A stretch of DNA of 32,000 nucleotides from Opitutales bacterium (GTDB lineage Bacteria > Verrucomicrobiota > Verrucomicrobiia > Opitutales > UBA9783), in NCBI GenBank assembly GCA_046881885.1, contig JBKSMP010000024.1, forward strand, positions 60,001-92,000. The letters run 5' to 3'. Numbering within the stretch: position 1 is the stretch's first letter; each line of letters starts with the position of its first letter. A program made the position numbers and the translations under genes. The notes beneath the pieces are model-generated. The model was not told the DNA's origin. It searched no databases and saw only the letters and a program-made list of their open reading frames with translations. Of this stretch, positions 1 to 9,279 are shown piece after piece.

Positions 1-2
1 AC

Positions 3-2729
3 TTGATGGCTTTAACCCGTGATTATGCCCATCAATTAACACAAAATCCGATGATGCCGAATTTGTTTTTGAGTGTGTTTGCGTATCGGGATAAAGATAA
101 ATCAAGCGGTCAAGATGGAACTATTATCGATTTTAACGGCTCGCTTAGTAAAAAGCAGATCGTACCGGATGATTTTCCATTACAAATTAGCAGTTGGGAT
201 ATTAAAGGTGGCCCTATTTTTTGGCAAGATACAAAGAAAGATCCGGATGACGAACGTTATTTAGCGGAAGTTTTTATGTTAGGAGAATTGGCGATCGACT
301 CCAAGCTCGTACCTAACTGGAAGGCCCGTATCGTGCAAACCATGGAAATTGAACGCAACCCGCTTTGTGACTTCCAGCTTTATGCGGAGGGGGATACGTC
401 TATTAGTAGTAATATTTACACCTACGAAGGTCATTCTGCCAATTATATTAATTTTTATGGACCTGTTCAAATAAATGGAAATACTCGTTTCCCATTTTAT
501 ACTACGCAAGCATCAAGTTATTCCAGATGTTATTTCTATAACAAAGTCAATCTAGCAGGGCATGCGTTGCGGATTAAGGAAACTGATAGTAGTGCTACAT
601 CCATAAAAATTCCAGAAAAATACTGTTTTTATGACAATAGTAAATTCTATGATGAGTTTATAAATCCTTATACAGAAGGATCAGCAAGTTTTTATGTTAA
701 TACTTATTCTAGTAGTTCTACAACACAACTTTCTAATTTTAGCAACAAAAATACAATTGGCAATAGCTATAGTAATTACGAACAATACGCTTTTAATACC
801 TTTAACGGAAACTTTATGACGCGAGGGCGTGTCTATCGGCCATGCGGATTTGATCCGATTTCAGACTGGGGGTATTGGTATCCTGTGGAAGGTGGAGGCC
901 TAGGAGAAAATCATAGAGTACTTGATATGTGCTTTGGGCTACACAATTTATGTAAATCATCGGCAAGTGGTGGTTGGTTCAGCTTGTATCAGTATCCAAA
1001 CAGCGACTCTGCTGCTTCTAAAGCTGCAGAAGCCTTAGGCAGATTAAATGGGAATAATAATACGCATCAAATTACAGAAAAAGCACGTTTAGTCGAGACA
1101 CAAAAAGCCATAAATGCCCCTGGATTAGAAATGCGTTTATTGTTGAAACCTTCAGCAGACGCTAATCAAGACTCCTTACGTGTCCCTATACGGTTTCCTT
1201 ATGTTACTTATGATTCTACCCATTTTCCAGCTAAAAATGACAATCTTTATCTTAATTATTATTTAAAATTAAAATTTCAAGAAAATTCTATTTTAGATGA
1301 TTGGTCTTTTTTTATAAAAGATACATTTGCTTCAAACTCAACAAGTCATTGTTTTAGTTTAGGAAATGATTCAGATCCCACAGCTGGTAATGAGCCTTTA
1401 GTAGCAACAGGCAATGGGGTCTATGTCTATTGGCAAGCAATACAAGATAATAAATTAATTGCAAAACAAGTAAACGATGGAGAGCCTATAGAAGATGGAA
1501 ATAAAAAAAAGGCTTTAAATTCAATCTTTATAACCAAAAAAGGTTTTGATTTGGTAGGGTATAATGATCCCTCCTCACCACCCCATAAGCTTGTTGAAAA
1601 GGTAGATGCTAACAATAATCCTTATTGGACTCTAGATTCAACACAATTGCGATTGCATACCAGTGAGCCTGGTTACCAATTTATCTACGATCGCAATCGG
1701 GCTAAATGGATCCAATTAATGGATATTGATATTAAAGCATTGAAAGATGAGGTGGCTAAAGGATCTAGTAGTGTTCTAAGTGATTGGGCTACGAAATTAA
1801 ATCGTACCATAAAAATTAATGTCTATTGGCAAGGATATAAGGTCAATGCCAATTGTAATTACAATAGTTATGATAGTAATTTAGACAACCCAGAAGATAT
1901 TCGTTTAAATTATGTTACAAAAAGAGAAAATTTTTTAGGATCTTATGGTACAGGTTCTTATCTTTATCCTTCTAATTTTGCTCCCGTCATAGATATTGGT
2001 ATACGCCTTATCAATGCAGAAGAACTCCCAGAAGGAGGTATGACACTTATATGTCCCTATCCGCTTTATATAAAGGGTGACTTTAACACGATTAATACAA
2101 AACCAAAAACCTGTCTCATCACTGATTCACTAACGATTTTGAGTGACAAATGGCAAGATTGGTGCAGTAGTATGGATGTAGGTAATTCTTATTTATATCC
2201 TTTAGATGATAAAACAAATACACCTAATGTCACTTCTCCACCAACAATTTATGCACATATCATAACCGGAAGGACACATCCCAATTATTGGTTAAATGAT
2301 GATGGTATGCACCCTGATTTTGGTATTCATGATGCTTTTAGAACACTTGAAGATATTTCTACGCCCATTAAATTTTATGGATCCTTGTTGTTGCCTTACT
2401 ATTGTCAGCGACAATGGGAACCCCCTATCGATTTTTGTCAAAGTGCTAGAATTCCTAATTGGTTTGCTTATGCTCCAATCTATCTGGGGGCTGAAGGTAA
2501 AGAATGGGCGAAGATGCGAACTGCTCCAGGTATGCCGACCTATCTAAAGGTAGGTCGCGGCCGTAAGACACAGGCTATCGGCTCAAAGGTTTATGATACT
2601 TTAGTCAATGATGTCCGGGGGCATGCGACAGATGCTGCTAATTATACTTTTTCTACCTATCATACCAGCCTACCTAATTTCTTAAAATATCCTCAAGATC
2701 CTACTACTACTAATTCTACCCAACAATAA
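3..2729 (+). CDS. Large Asn/Ser/Tyr-rich hypothetical protein, probably 5'-truncated by the window edge (surface/secreted; possibly pseudopilin-associated)
   Basis: 908-codon uninterrupted ORF open from the first in-frame codon of the window. The visible N-terminus has no signal peptide, so the gene probably starts upstream. No catalytic motif recognised. The C-terminal block GIHDAFRTLEDIS..FYGSLLLPYY recalls, from memory and unverified, the large cassette-protein-A type proteins that accompany pseudopilins in Verrucomicrobia. Confidence 0.75.
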   Translation: MMALTRDYAHQLTQNPMMPNLFLSVFAYRDKDKSSGQDGTIIDFNGSLSKKQIVPDDFPLQISSWDIKGGPIFWQDTKKDPDDERYLAEVFMLGELAIDSKLVPNWKARIVQTMEIERNPLCDFQLYAEGDTSISSNIYTYEGHSANYINFYGPVQINGNTRFPFYTTQASSYSRCYFYNKVNLAGHALRIKETDSSATSIKIPEKYCFYDNSKFYDEFINPYTEGSASFYVNTYSSSSTTQLSNFSNKNTIGNSYSNYEQYAFNTFNGNFMTRGRVYRPCGFDPISDWGYWYPVEGGGLGENHRVLDMCFGLHNLCKSSASGGWFSLYQYPNSDSAASKAAEALGRLNGNNNTHQITEKARLVETQKAINAPGLEMRLLLKPSADANQDSLRVPIRFPYVTYDSTHFPAKNDNLYLNYYLKLKFQENSILDDWSFFIKDTFASNSTSHCFSLGNDSDPTAGNEPLVATGNGVYVYWQAIQDNKLIAKQVNDGEPIEDGNKKKALNSIFITKKGFDLVGYNDPSSPPHKLVEKVDANNNPYWTLDSTQLRLHTSEPGYQFIYDRNRAKWIQLMDIDIKALKDEVAKGSSSVLSDWATKLNRTIKINVYWQGYKVNANCNYNSYDSNLDNPEDIRLNYVTKRENFLGSYGTGSYLYPSNFAPVIDIGIRLINAEELPEGGMTLICPYPLYIKGDFNTINTKPKTCLITDSLTILSDKWQDWCSSMDVGNSYLYPLDDKTNTPNVTSPPTIYAHIITGRTHPNYWLNDDGMHPDFGIHDAFRTLEDISTPIKFYGSLLLPYYCQRQWEPPIDFCQSARIPNWFAYAPIYLGAEGKEWAKMRTAPGMPTYLKVGRGRKTQAIGSKVYDTLVNDVRGHATDAANYTFSTYHTSLPNFLKYPQDPTTTNSTQQ

Positions 2730-2730
2730 A

Positions 2731-2748
2731 GCCATCCCGTAGGATGGC
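2731..2748. terminator. Hairpin between convergent genes (gccatcc-cgta-ggatggc)
   Basis: Perfect 7-bp stem with a 4-nt loop immediately after the stop of the 908-aa ORF and before the stop of the minus-strand lipoprotein gene. Flanking U-runs are weak (tttattg on the minus strand only). Confidence 0.35.
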
Positions 2749-2774
2749 GCAATGAATGCTCTTATTAATTAATA

Positions 2775-3878
2775 TTAGTTGGTAACAACTAAAATAGGTT
2801 CAGATTTGTTATACTTAGCAGATTGTAAGGTAAACAATTGCGATAGCATCATGAAAGTTGATTTGGATTCTAGATCATTGTCTGCAATGTAGAACCATTT
2901 TCCGCGATAACGATAAGCAACATAAGCATTTTCTGGACGCATACGCGTTGTACCTTCGGAAAATTGTACTTTAAGAAGCTTATTGAAAATAGGCGACCAA
3001 TCAAATTCTGTACCATCTGCATTCTTGGTTACAGTAACCAAACCTGCGTCTTTATCGGCTTGAGGGACTTCAACACCTTGTGACAAGAAGAAGAATATGC
3101 CCAACAAAGTCTTTCCTCTCATGACCAATTTGGAAGAAGACATACCGGCAAAATCACTCTTTAATTTGAATTTGTTTGCATCTGGATTTAAGTCAGCCAA
3201 GCGCTTGAACTCTGCAATCTCCTTTTCAAATGCAGGCTTAGCTTTGATGTGCATAAACAAATCCGAGAAATTAACATCATTTTCTTCTCCTAATTCAATA
3301 AGATGGTTACGCTCTAACCGATCAAGCAATTCCGAAAAACGGAAGAACCCTGCATATTCTGGTGCAAAAACAGGTGTAGGTCCACTTGCTGTAGGAGCAT
3401 TGTACAAGTTATTAATACGCTCTACGCAGAGGTTAAACACACGCTCTGGCCTCCAGCCTGACTCAAACATCGACAGAATAATCGGCAACTGAATCGGTGT
3501 CATCATCTTGGCAACAAAGTCCTTACCATTGAGTTGAGAATAGGTATTCGTTGCGCTATTTTTATCAGAAAGCCCCAGTTTGCCAGATACTTTTCCTGAA
3601 AATGATGAACCCCAAACGCCTTTTTCCCAGTTATTGTCCAAAGTTGAATCAAAACCGACATTTTGAACCATTTGTGTAACATCTACAAAAATGGGGTTAT
3701 CGCGATAACGCAAACGAACAATATTCGCCAACAACTGCTCGTCCGAATTTTGAACAATTGCTTGATTATATTTGTGTTGCGAACTTCTCAATGCACGAGG
3801 ACCAACGGGTGTTGATTGACAACCACCTAACAACAATATTGCGGCCAAACCAAAGCCACCTATAGATGTATTCTTCAT
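2775..3878 (-). CDS. Putative lipoprotein, function unknown
   Basis: N-terminus MKNTSIGGFGLAAILLLGGCQS has a signal peptide plus lipobox (LGG|C). 367-aa ORF with no competing frame. Confidence 0.7.
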   Translation of the reverse strand: MKNTSIGGFGLAAILLLGGCQSTPVGPRALRSSQHKYNQAIVQNSDEQLLANIVRLRYRDNPIFVDVTQMVQNVGFDSTLDNNWEKGVWGSSFSGKVSGKLGLSDKNSATNTYSQLNGKDFVAKMMTPIQLPIILSMFESGWRPERVFNLCVERINNLYNAPTASGPTPVFAPEYAGFFRFSELLDRLERNHLIELGEENDVNFSDLFMHIKAKPAFEKEIAEFKRLADLNPDANKFKLKSDFAGMSSSKLVMRGKTLLGIFFFLSQGVEVPQADKDAGLVTVTKNADGTEFDWSPIFNKLLKVQFSEGTTRMRPENAYVAYRYRGKWFYIADNDLESKSTFMMLSQLFTLQSAKYNKSEPILVVTN

Positions 3879-3944
3879 ATGCTTTCAGTGAAATAATAAT
3901 CTAAGATTCTGTCAAGCGTTATTAACAGAATAATACTCACACGC

Positions 3945-4796
3945 TTACTTTCTATGTTTGCTCATAAAAACATCGATAAAATAGGCTAGACGTTCCTTCA
4001 TTTCTAGGCGCGAAACGATCTGATCCAGAAACCCGTGCTCTAGCAAAAACTCGGACGTTTGGAAACCTTCCGGAAGGTCTTGCTGCGTCGTATCTTTAAT
4101 AACACGAGGCCCAGCAAACCCGATAAGCGCCTTTGGTTCAGCCAAAATAATATCACCTAAAGACGCAAAACTGGCCATAACACCTGCCATCGTCGGATTC
4201 GTCAACACCGAAATGAAAGGAAGCCCCTTTTGGCTCAAATACGCCAACGCAGCACTTGTTTTTGCCATCTGCATCAAACTTAAAATACCTTCATACATAC
4301 GAGCACCTCCGGAAGCCGAAACAATAATTACCGGACAATTTTGCTCCATTCCTCGCTCAATACAGCGCGTAATTTTTTCGCCAACAACCGAGCCCATGCT
4401 TGCTCCCAAAAAGCGAAAATCCATAACCGCAATCGAAACCTTATGGCCACTCAATTGCCCCATTCCGCTTACAACCGCATCCGTTAATTGCGTTTTTTCC
4501 TGATATTTTTTTAATTTCGTTGGATATGACTCAATTCCTTCAAACTTTAACGGATCCAAAGAATTCAAGTTTGTGTCTTTTTCTTCAAACGTCCCTTCGT
4601 CGATGAGTAAACGAATGCGTTCTGGTGCCGACAATGGAAAATGATAACCACTTTGCGGAACCACCATCCAATTCTCTTGCAAAGCCTTATTGTAAACAAT
4701 TTCACCCGAAATAGGACATTTCGTCCAAACATCTTTTGGGATATCGTTCTTGCGAACGGTTACGGTTGAATATTTAGGTTTACTGAACCAAGACAT
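3945..4796 (-). CDS. accD: Acetyl-CoA carboxylase carboxyltransferase beta subunit
   Basis: N-terminus MSWFSKPK...DVWTKCP, the [19 protein letters not shown] and GGARMYEG blocks, and a length of 283 aa are all typical of AccD. Confidence 0.9.
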   Translation of the reverse strand: MSWFSKPKYSTVTVRKNDIPKDVWTKCPISGEIVYNKALQENWMVVPQSGYHFPLSAPERIRLLIDEGTFEEKDTNLNSLDPLKFEGIESYPTKLKKYQEKTQLTDAVVSGMGQLSGHKVSIAVMDFRFLGASMGSVVGEKITRCIERGMEQNCPVIIVSASGGARMYEGILSLMQMAKTSAALAYLSQKGLPFISVLTNPTMAGVMASFASLGDIILAEPKALIGFAGPRVIKDTTQQDLPEGFQTSEFLLEHGFLDQIVSRLEMKERLAYFIDVFMSKHRK

Positions 4797-4815
4797 AATT
4801 TTTCCTTTTCAAACT

Positions 4816-5517
4816 TTAGCCATGCGCCAACGTAAAGACCCGTATATTTTGAGCACCCTCCTCATGCAAAACCTTTGCACAAGCATTTAAAGTAGCACCC
4901 GTTGTAAACACATCATCCACCAAAACGTACGTTTTTTTAGGATCGATTGTCTTTTTTGCCAACGTAAAGGCATTTTCTACATTCTTCTTTCTTTCGCTCC
5001 GAGTCAAGCTTGTTTGTGAGGGTGTGTTCACTTTTCGCTTTAATAACGATAAAATTTCCCCTCCACAACATTTTTGTAAGGCCTTTGCAATCCATTCGCT
5101 CTGATTATAACCACGCTTCCATTGGCGCAAAAAATGCAAGGGAACAGGTACAAAAATAGCGCTTTTTAAGGCTTTCAGACGTTCTAATTCGTGTTCTAAC
5201 AACAAATATAAGTCCTTTTTCAAATAACTCCCGTAATGATATTTAAGGGCATGTATAAAAGAACGTTCGACCGAATTATAGGCAAACAACGAAATTCCTT
5301 CCTTAAAGTAGGGCTTTAATTCAGCACAATTCATGCAAATACTATCGCGCTCGGTCCCCATGGCTCGCCCACAATGATAGCAACAATACCCACGATTAAA
5401 AACGATTTTTTGAAAACAACTTTCGCATAAATACATCGGACTTTTCTTAAAAATCGGTTGCTGACAAGCGATGCAAAATCTTGGAAAGAAACAATCTAAC
5501 AATGCTTGTCTGATCAT
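4816..5517 (-). CDS. comF: ComF family protein (phosphoribosyltransferase domain with N-terminal Cys-rich zinc finger)
   Basis: N-terminal CxxC...CxxC pairs (CIACQQ, CESC, CYHCG, CMNC) and the C-terminal PRTase motif VLVDDVFTTGATL. Overlaps the upstream gene by 4 nt. Confidence 0.85.
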   Translation of the reverse strand: MIRQALLDCFFPRFCIACQQPIFKKSPMYLCESCFQKIVFNRGYCCYHCGRAMGTERDSICMNCAELKPYFKEGISLFAYNSVERSFIHALKYHYGSYLKKDLYLLLEHELERLKALKSAIFVPVPLHFLRQWKRGYNQSEWIAKALQKCCGGEILSLLKRKVNTPSQTSLTRSERKKNVENAFTLAKKTIDPKKTYVLVDDVFTTGATLNACAKVLHEEGAQNIRVFTLAHG

Positions 5518-6116
5518 TGAAATAAGGCTTGAAAACTTTCTAAACCAAAAGAACAGATCCAGAAAGCTGCAAATCCGTAAAGACTAACAGCTACGATGGA
5601 AATGATTTGCGAACATAAGAGTAATAATCCATCATTTTCTAGCAAACCTAATCCAAACAGCAAAATAATGCCCGCAGGGAGCGTATTGGTTAAAGGGATC
5701 GGCATCGCCATAATAAGCGACAACACCATAATATTTAACCCAATAATACGGTAATTAAAAATCCAAAGCAGCTTTTGGCAACGTTCTACACGTGTAAAAA
5801 ACTCCAAAACTTGTAGCATTTTAACACCACAATGGATGATTTTAGGCGATAACGAAAATTCTTTTTGTTCCCATTTTTCAGGAAGTTGAATTTGTTTTTC
5901 GCCCCTAAAAAGTAAGTATCCAATCCAACCCAACAAGAGTCCTAAGGGGGTGCTATATCCTGGAGCAGGTACTGGCAACGCACTTGGCAAAGCAATTAAA
6001 ATAATCCAAAAACCAATCCCTTGCGTCGTTAATCGCTCCTGTAATTTTCCTAAAGACGTCTTTAAACCACCTTTGGCATCACACAACGTTAAAATTTGTT
6101 CCGAAAGCTTTGACAT
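5514..6116 (-). CDS. ExoD-like (exopolysaccharide synthesis family) integral membrane protein
   Basis: 200 aa and multi-pass hydrophobic. The block GIGFWIILIALPSALPVPAPGYSTPLGLLL..LPEKW matches my recollection of the ExoD family N-terminal signature. Confidence 0.6.
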   Translation of the reverse strand: MSKLSEQILTLCDAKGGLKTSLGKLQERLTTQGIGFWIILIALPSALPVPAPGYSTPLGLLLGWIGYLLFRGEKQIQLPEKWEQKEFSLSPKIIHCGVKMLQVLEFFTRVERCQKLLWIFNYRIIGLNIMVLSLIMAMPIPLTNTLPAGIILLFGLGLLENDGLLLLCSQIISIVAVSLYGFAAFWICSFGLESFQALFQ

Positions 6117-6123
6117 GTTTATT

Positions 6124-6152
6124 TTGACAGACTGAAGTTTTTTTTCTAAAAT
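6124..6152 (+). promoter_or_regulatory. Sigma-70-like promoter (TTGACA-17 nt-TAAAAT) for the 6166 ORF
   Basis: TTGACA at 6124-6129, a 17-nt spacer, and TAAAAT at 6147-6152, which ends 13 nt before the ATG. This implies a very short leader with no Shine-Dalgarno sequence. Confidence 0.45.
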
Positions 6153-6165
6153 ACAATCCTATTTT

Positions 6166-6534
6166 ATGAAATTTCGCTTCGTCATCAATGCTTACCCAGA
6201 AATCCAAGCCTGTTGCGATTTTCTCATAACTCGTTGGCAACTCCCAGAAGCAATTCATTTTTATCTGCAATTATATATTGAGGAATACTTTACAAATCTA
6301 CTAAAATACACCCAACACAAAAAAAATTCTTTTGGCCTACAAGCACATTATCAAAACCAACAACTATCGCTACTATTCTGGGACAAAACCCTTTCATTTC
6401 ATCCTGCAAAAGGCGCTCTAAACGGCCTCGGAACGCGCTTGCTAACCGAATTATTTCCTTATAAATATCGTAGTTTAAAAGGCGTTAATTTCTTTTGGGT
6501 AAAATTCAAAGAAGTAGAAAAACAAAGTAAATAA
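6166..6534 (+). CDS. Small RsbW/SpoIIAB-like HATPase-fold protein (anti-sigma regulatory factor-like, degenerate)
   Basis: The pattern LQLYIEEYFTNLLKY (N-box-like E..xN) ... LSLLFWDKTLSF ... GLGTRLLTELF..Y....G.N is collinear with anti-sigma-factor kinases. The G1 box (DxGxG) is not intact. Confidence 0.4.
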   Translation: MKFRFVINAYPEIQACCDFLITRWQLPEAIHFYLQLYIEEYFTNLLKYTQHKKNSFGLQAHYQNQQLSLLFWDKTLSFHPAKGALNGLGTRLLTELFPYKYRSLKGVNFFWVKFKEVEKQSK

Positions 6535-6708
6535 GACGATATAAAATACTTATTTCTCTACTACATCTTAAAACAGGTCATACAAATTCCTAAAAGTCCA
6601 ACGTATCCTCGTCTTCTACCCTCAAAAACAATTGACTTTTTTTTAAAATATGATGCACTTAAAAGCAGAAGTAAGTCGTTAAAATTGATAAAAAGGAGAA
6701 GTACGCAT

Positions 6709-7647
6709 ATGCATTCGGAAAAAGTAGTGATTATAGGTAGTGGATGTGCAGGACTTTCTGCAGCTATTTACACAGCTAGAGCTCAATTAAATCCATTGGT
6801 TATCTCTGGAGATTTACCAGGTGGCTTGCTAACACAAACGACAGAGATTGAGAATTTTCCTGGATTTCCTGAAAAAATTCAAGGTATGGAACTGATGGAT
6901 CGTATGCGTCAACAAGCAGAAAAATTTGGTGCGCGATTTAAAGATGGGACTGTTCAACAGGTAGAGCTCATAGGCCAACAAAAGCAATTATCTTTATCAA
7001 ATGGAGAAAAATTACTAGCAGATGCTGTCATTTTCGCAGTAGGTTCACATCCGAGTTCGCTTAACTTGCCATTAGAACGCGAACTTTTAGGCGGTAAAGG
7101 TCTTAGTGTATGTGCGACATGTGATGGGTTTTTCTATCGCAATGAAGTTGTGTGTATTGTCGGCGGTGGAGACTCTGCTTGCGAGGAAGCCCTTTATTTA
7201 AGTAAGCTATGTAAAAAAGTTTACTTAATTCATCGTAGAGATACCTTACGTGCTTCCAAAATTATGGCCAATCGCGTCTGTTCTAACGAAAACATCGAAG
7301 TCGTTTGGAATCATGCTCCCGAAAAGTTTGAAGTCGATGAAAATGGCTTTTTAAAAGCTTTTGTTGTCAAACATACGCAAGAAAACACAAGCAGAACTAT
7401 CGACTGCAAAGGCGTATTTTTAGCGATTGGCTGGAAGCCTAATACCCAAGTATTTAAAGACGTATTAGATTTGGATGAACAAGGGTATATAAAAATTGCT
7501 AAGCGAGCAGTTTGTACGGCTATTCCAGGTGTTTTTGCTGCAGGTGACTGCGTCGATCATTTTTATCGTCAAGCAGCTGTAGCAGCAGGCATGGGTATTC
7601 AAGCAGCTTTGGAAGCGGAATCTTGGTTAATAAAAGGCAATGAATAA
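6709..7647 (+). CDS. trxB: Thioredoxin-disulfide reductase
   Basis: FAD motif IIGSGCAG, redox-active CATCDG, NADPH motif GGGDSACEEA, and C-terminal GVFAAGD. AAGGAG at 6693-6698 sits 10 nt before the ATG at 6709, so that ATG is preferred over the TTG at 6685. Confidence 0.93.
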   Translation: MHSEKVVIIGSGCAGLSAAIYTARAQLNPLVISGDLPGGLLTQTTEIENFPGFPEKIQGMELMDRMRQQAEKFGARFKDGTVQQVELIGQQKQLSLSNGEKLLADAVIFAVGSHPSSLNLPLERELLGGKGLSVCATCDGFFYRNEVVCIVGGGDSACEEALYLSKLCKKVYLIHRRDTLRASKIMANRVCSNENIEVVWNHAPEKFEVDENGFLKAFVVKHTQENTSRTIDCKGVFLAIGWKPNTQVFKDVLDLDEQGYIKIAKRAVCTAIPGVFAAGDCVDHFYRQAAVAAGMGIQAALEAESWLIKGNE

Positions 7648-8134
7648 AAAGTGTTGCGAGTGTGATTTAGAGGCTTCTGTGCAATTTGTAAGCATTGGGC
7701 AAGAGGGTTGTATGTCTCAATTCGATCTGTGTGAAACACATGCCAAAGAACGCGGTATTTACGAAGAAAATGCATATTTCATTGCAGATGGGCTGAAGCT
7801 TAAATCAACTAAAAAACTCTTATCTAACAATTGTTGTCCGTTCTGCGGATCAGCACAAGAATGGGTTGAACAACAGAAACGTTTTGGGTGCTCACATTGT
7901 AAAGAATTCTTTCAAACTATTTGTAAGGATTGGATCCAAGGTTTTAAAACAATAACATTACATTTTGGTAAAATTCCAAGCCGTCATCATTCCAAAGAAG
8001 CACTTGAACCACGCCTTGAATATTGGCAGCAACAAATGCAAACGTATACGGATTCTGAAGATTTTGAACGTGCACGTATATGTAAGCGCCACATTCAAAC
8101 ACTAAAACGCAATCAGAAATTATGGGACAAATAA
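7640..8134 (+). CDS. McsA-like zinc-finger / UVR-motif protein
   Basis: CCEC...LCETHAKERG, then CPFCG...RFGCSHCKEFF...HFGKIPSR, then the UVR-like EDFERARICKRHIQTLK. This is collinear with Bacillus McsA as I recall it. The start overlaps the trxB stop by 8 nt. Confidence 0.7.
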   Translation: MNKKCCECDLEASVQFVSIGQEGCMSQFDLCETHAKERGIYEENAYFIADGLKLKSTKKLLSNNCCPFCGSAQEWVEQQKRFGCSHCKEFFQTICKDWIQGFKTITLHFGKIPSRHHSKEALEPRLEYWQQQMQTYTDSEDFERARICKRHIQTLKRNQKLWDK

Positions 8135-8466
8135 CCTTAACGTTTAGTTCACAAAGTAATGCTATTTTACAGCATTTATCACAAGAACAGCAATTGAAGC
8201 TGATTGCATTCTTAACAGATTTTAACTTTGAAAATGTGGAGGATTTGGGGAAAATTGTTCGCGAGCAAAAGACCTATTATCGAATTCGTTGGAATGATTT
8301 TCGGATTTACTTCGAATGTACTTCTGAGCAGACGCGTCTAGTGCACTACTTATTGCCCAAACACACCTGGAATGATTTCCTCTTTCGATCAAAATTGCCT
8401 TTTAACGAAGAAATGATTGAAAAAGATAATCGTTTCTGGCAATATTTGGAAAAGTTGAAGAAATAA
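8122..8466 (+). CDS. RelE/ParE-fold protein (toxin-like) with a C-terminal extension
   Basis: The core TYYRIRWNDFRIYFECTSEQTRLVHYLLPKH matches the lyRiRvGdyRiiYei...i.vl.ighR signature of the ParE/RelE superfamily, and the preceding helical segment fits. Overlaps the upstream ORF by 13 nt. Confidence 0.45.
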   Translation: MGQITLTFSSQSNAILQHLSQEQQLKLIAFLTDFNFENVEDLGKIVREQKTYYRIRWNDFRIYFECTSEQTRLVHYLLPKHTWNDFLFRSKLPFNEEMIEKDNRFWQYLEKLKK

Positions 8467-8472
8467 GTCATT

Positions 8473-9279
8473 ATGAAGACAAACCGCAATTCTGAAATTT
8501 CCTTGGCAAAAATTTACTTATTGCCAAATGCTTTTACTGCCGGCAATCTCTTTTTTGGTTTTTTGTGTATTATTCGTTGCATTCAAGCCAAATATTGCGA
8601 AGAAAGTTTGGCATCCGTTGAATTCTATAATCAAGCCGTTTGGTGCATTTTCGGCTCATTTATTTGTGACGGTTTAGATGGAAGACTCGCACGTTTGGGA
8701 GGCCGCGAATCCTTATTTGGTAAAGAATTCGACTCAATTGCTGACGTGGTTTCTTTCGGACTAGCTCCAGCGATGATGGTATTTTTCCTTATTTTATCGC
8801 CAACAGATGATTTCCCTTTTTTTAGAAAAATCGGCTGGATCATTGGCTTCATCTATTTATTGTGCGGAGCAGTACGATTAGCTCGTTTTAATGTCATCAC
8901 ACATCCTCTCTTAAGTAGTGAGCAGAAAAAAGCTGTTAATAATGCGTGTTGTTTTGTAGGATTACCCATTCCAGCTGCTGCAAGTGTAATCGCTTCTTTA
9001 GTCTTAGTCATTAATCGCTTCGATTTGAAAGCTTGGGCTCTTTTATTACCGATATTGATGCTGCTTATTGCTTGGTTAATGGTCAGCAATGTCCCCTACC
9101 CTAGTTTCAAGCACATTGATTGGAATACCGAAACAAAAATTCGAGCCTTTATTTTGATGGTAAGCGTAGTAGCGGTTTTACTGACATTTGAGGAATTATC
9201 ATTGGCTATCTTGTCCCTAACGTATGTGTTTTGGGGCTTGTTTAAATATCTTAAAATTAGCTTAAAAAAGACGAATTGA
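8473..9279 (+). CDS. pssA: CDP-diacylglycerol--serine O-phosphatidyltransferase
   Basis: Exact CDP-alcohol phosphatidyltransferase motif DGLDGRLAR-x8-GKEFDSIAD. Multi-pass membrane protein of 268 aa. Confidence 0.9.
   Translation: MKTNRNSEISLAKIYLLPNAFTAGNLFFGFLCIIRCIQAKYCEESLASVEFYNQAVWCIFGSFICDGLDGRLARLGGRESLFGKEFDSIADVVSFGLAPAMMVFFLILSPTDDFPFFRKIGWIIGFIYLLCGAVRLARFNVITHPLLSSEQKKAVNNACCFVGLPIPAAASVIASLVLVINRFDLKAWALLLPILMLLIAWLMVSNVPYPSFKHIDWNTETKIRAFILMVSVVAVLLTFEELSLAILSLTYVFWGLFKYLKISLKKTN

Noticed and set aside
1503-1510. A8 homopolymer in the 908-aa ORF, and similar A/T runs of 7-9 nt elsewhere (for example 21393-21400 and 22107-22114), considered as phase-variation switches.
   Set aside because: Such runs are expected by chance in AT-rich coding DNA, and here they leave the frames intact. 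Only the tract at 22447-22452 coincides with an actual frame discontinuity.
6632-6654. Possible trxB promoter, TTGACT ... TATGAT.
   Set aside because: The spacer is only about 11 nt by my count, which is incompatible with a sigma-70 promoter.
6685-6708. TTG start extending trxB by 8 codons (MIKRRSTH).
   Set aside because: The AAGGAG Shine-Dalgarno sequence lies inside this extension at ideal spacing for the ATG at 6709, and the TrxB family N-terminus begins right before the GxGxxG motif.
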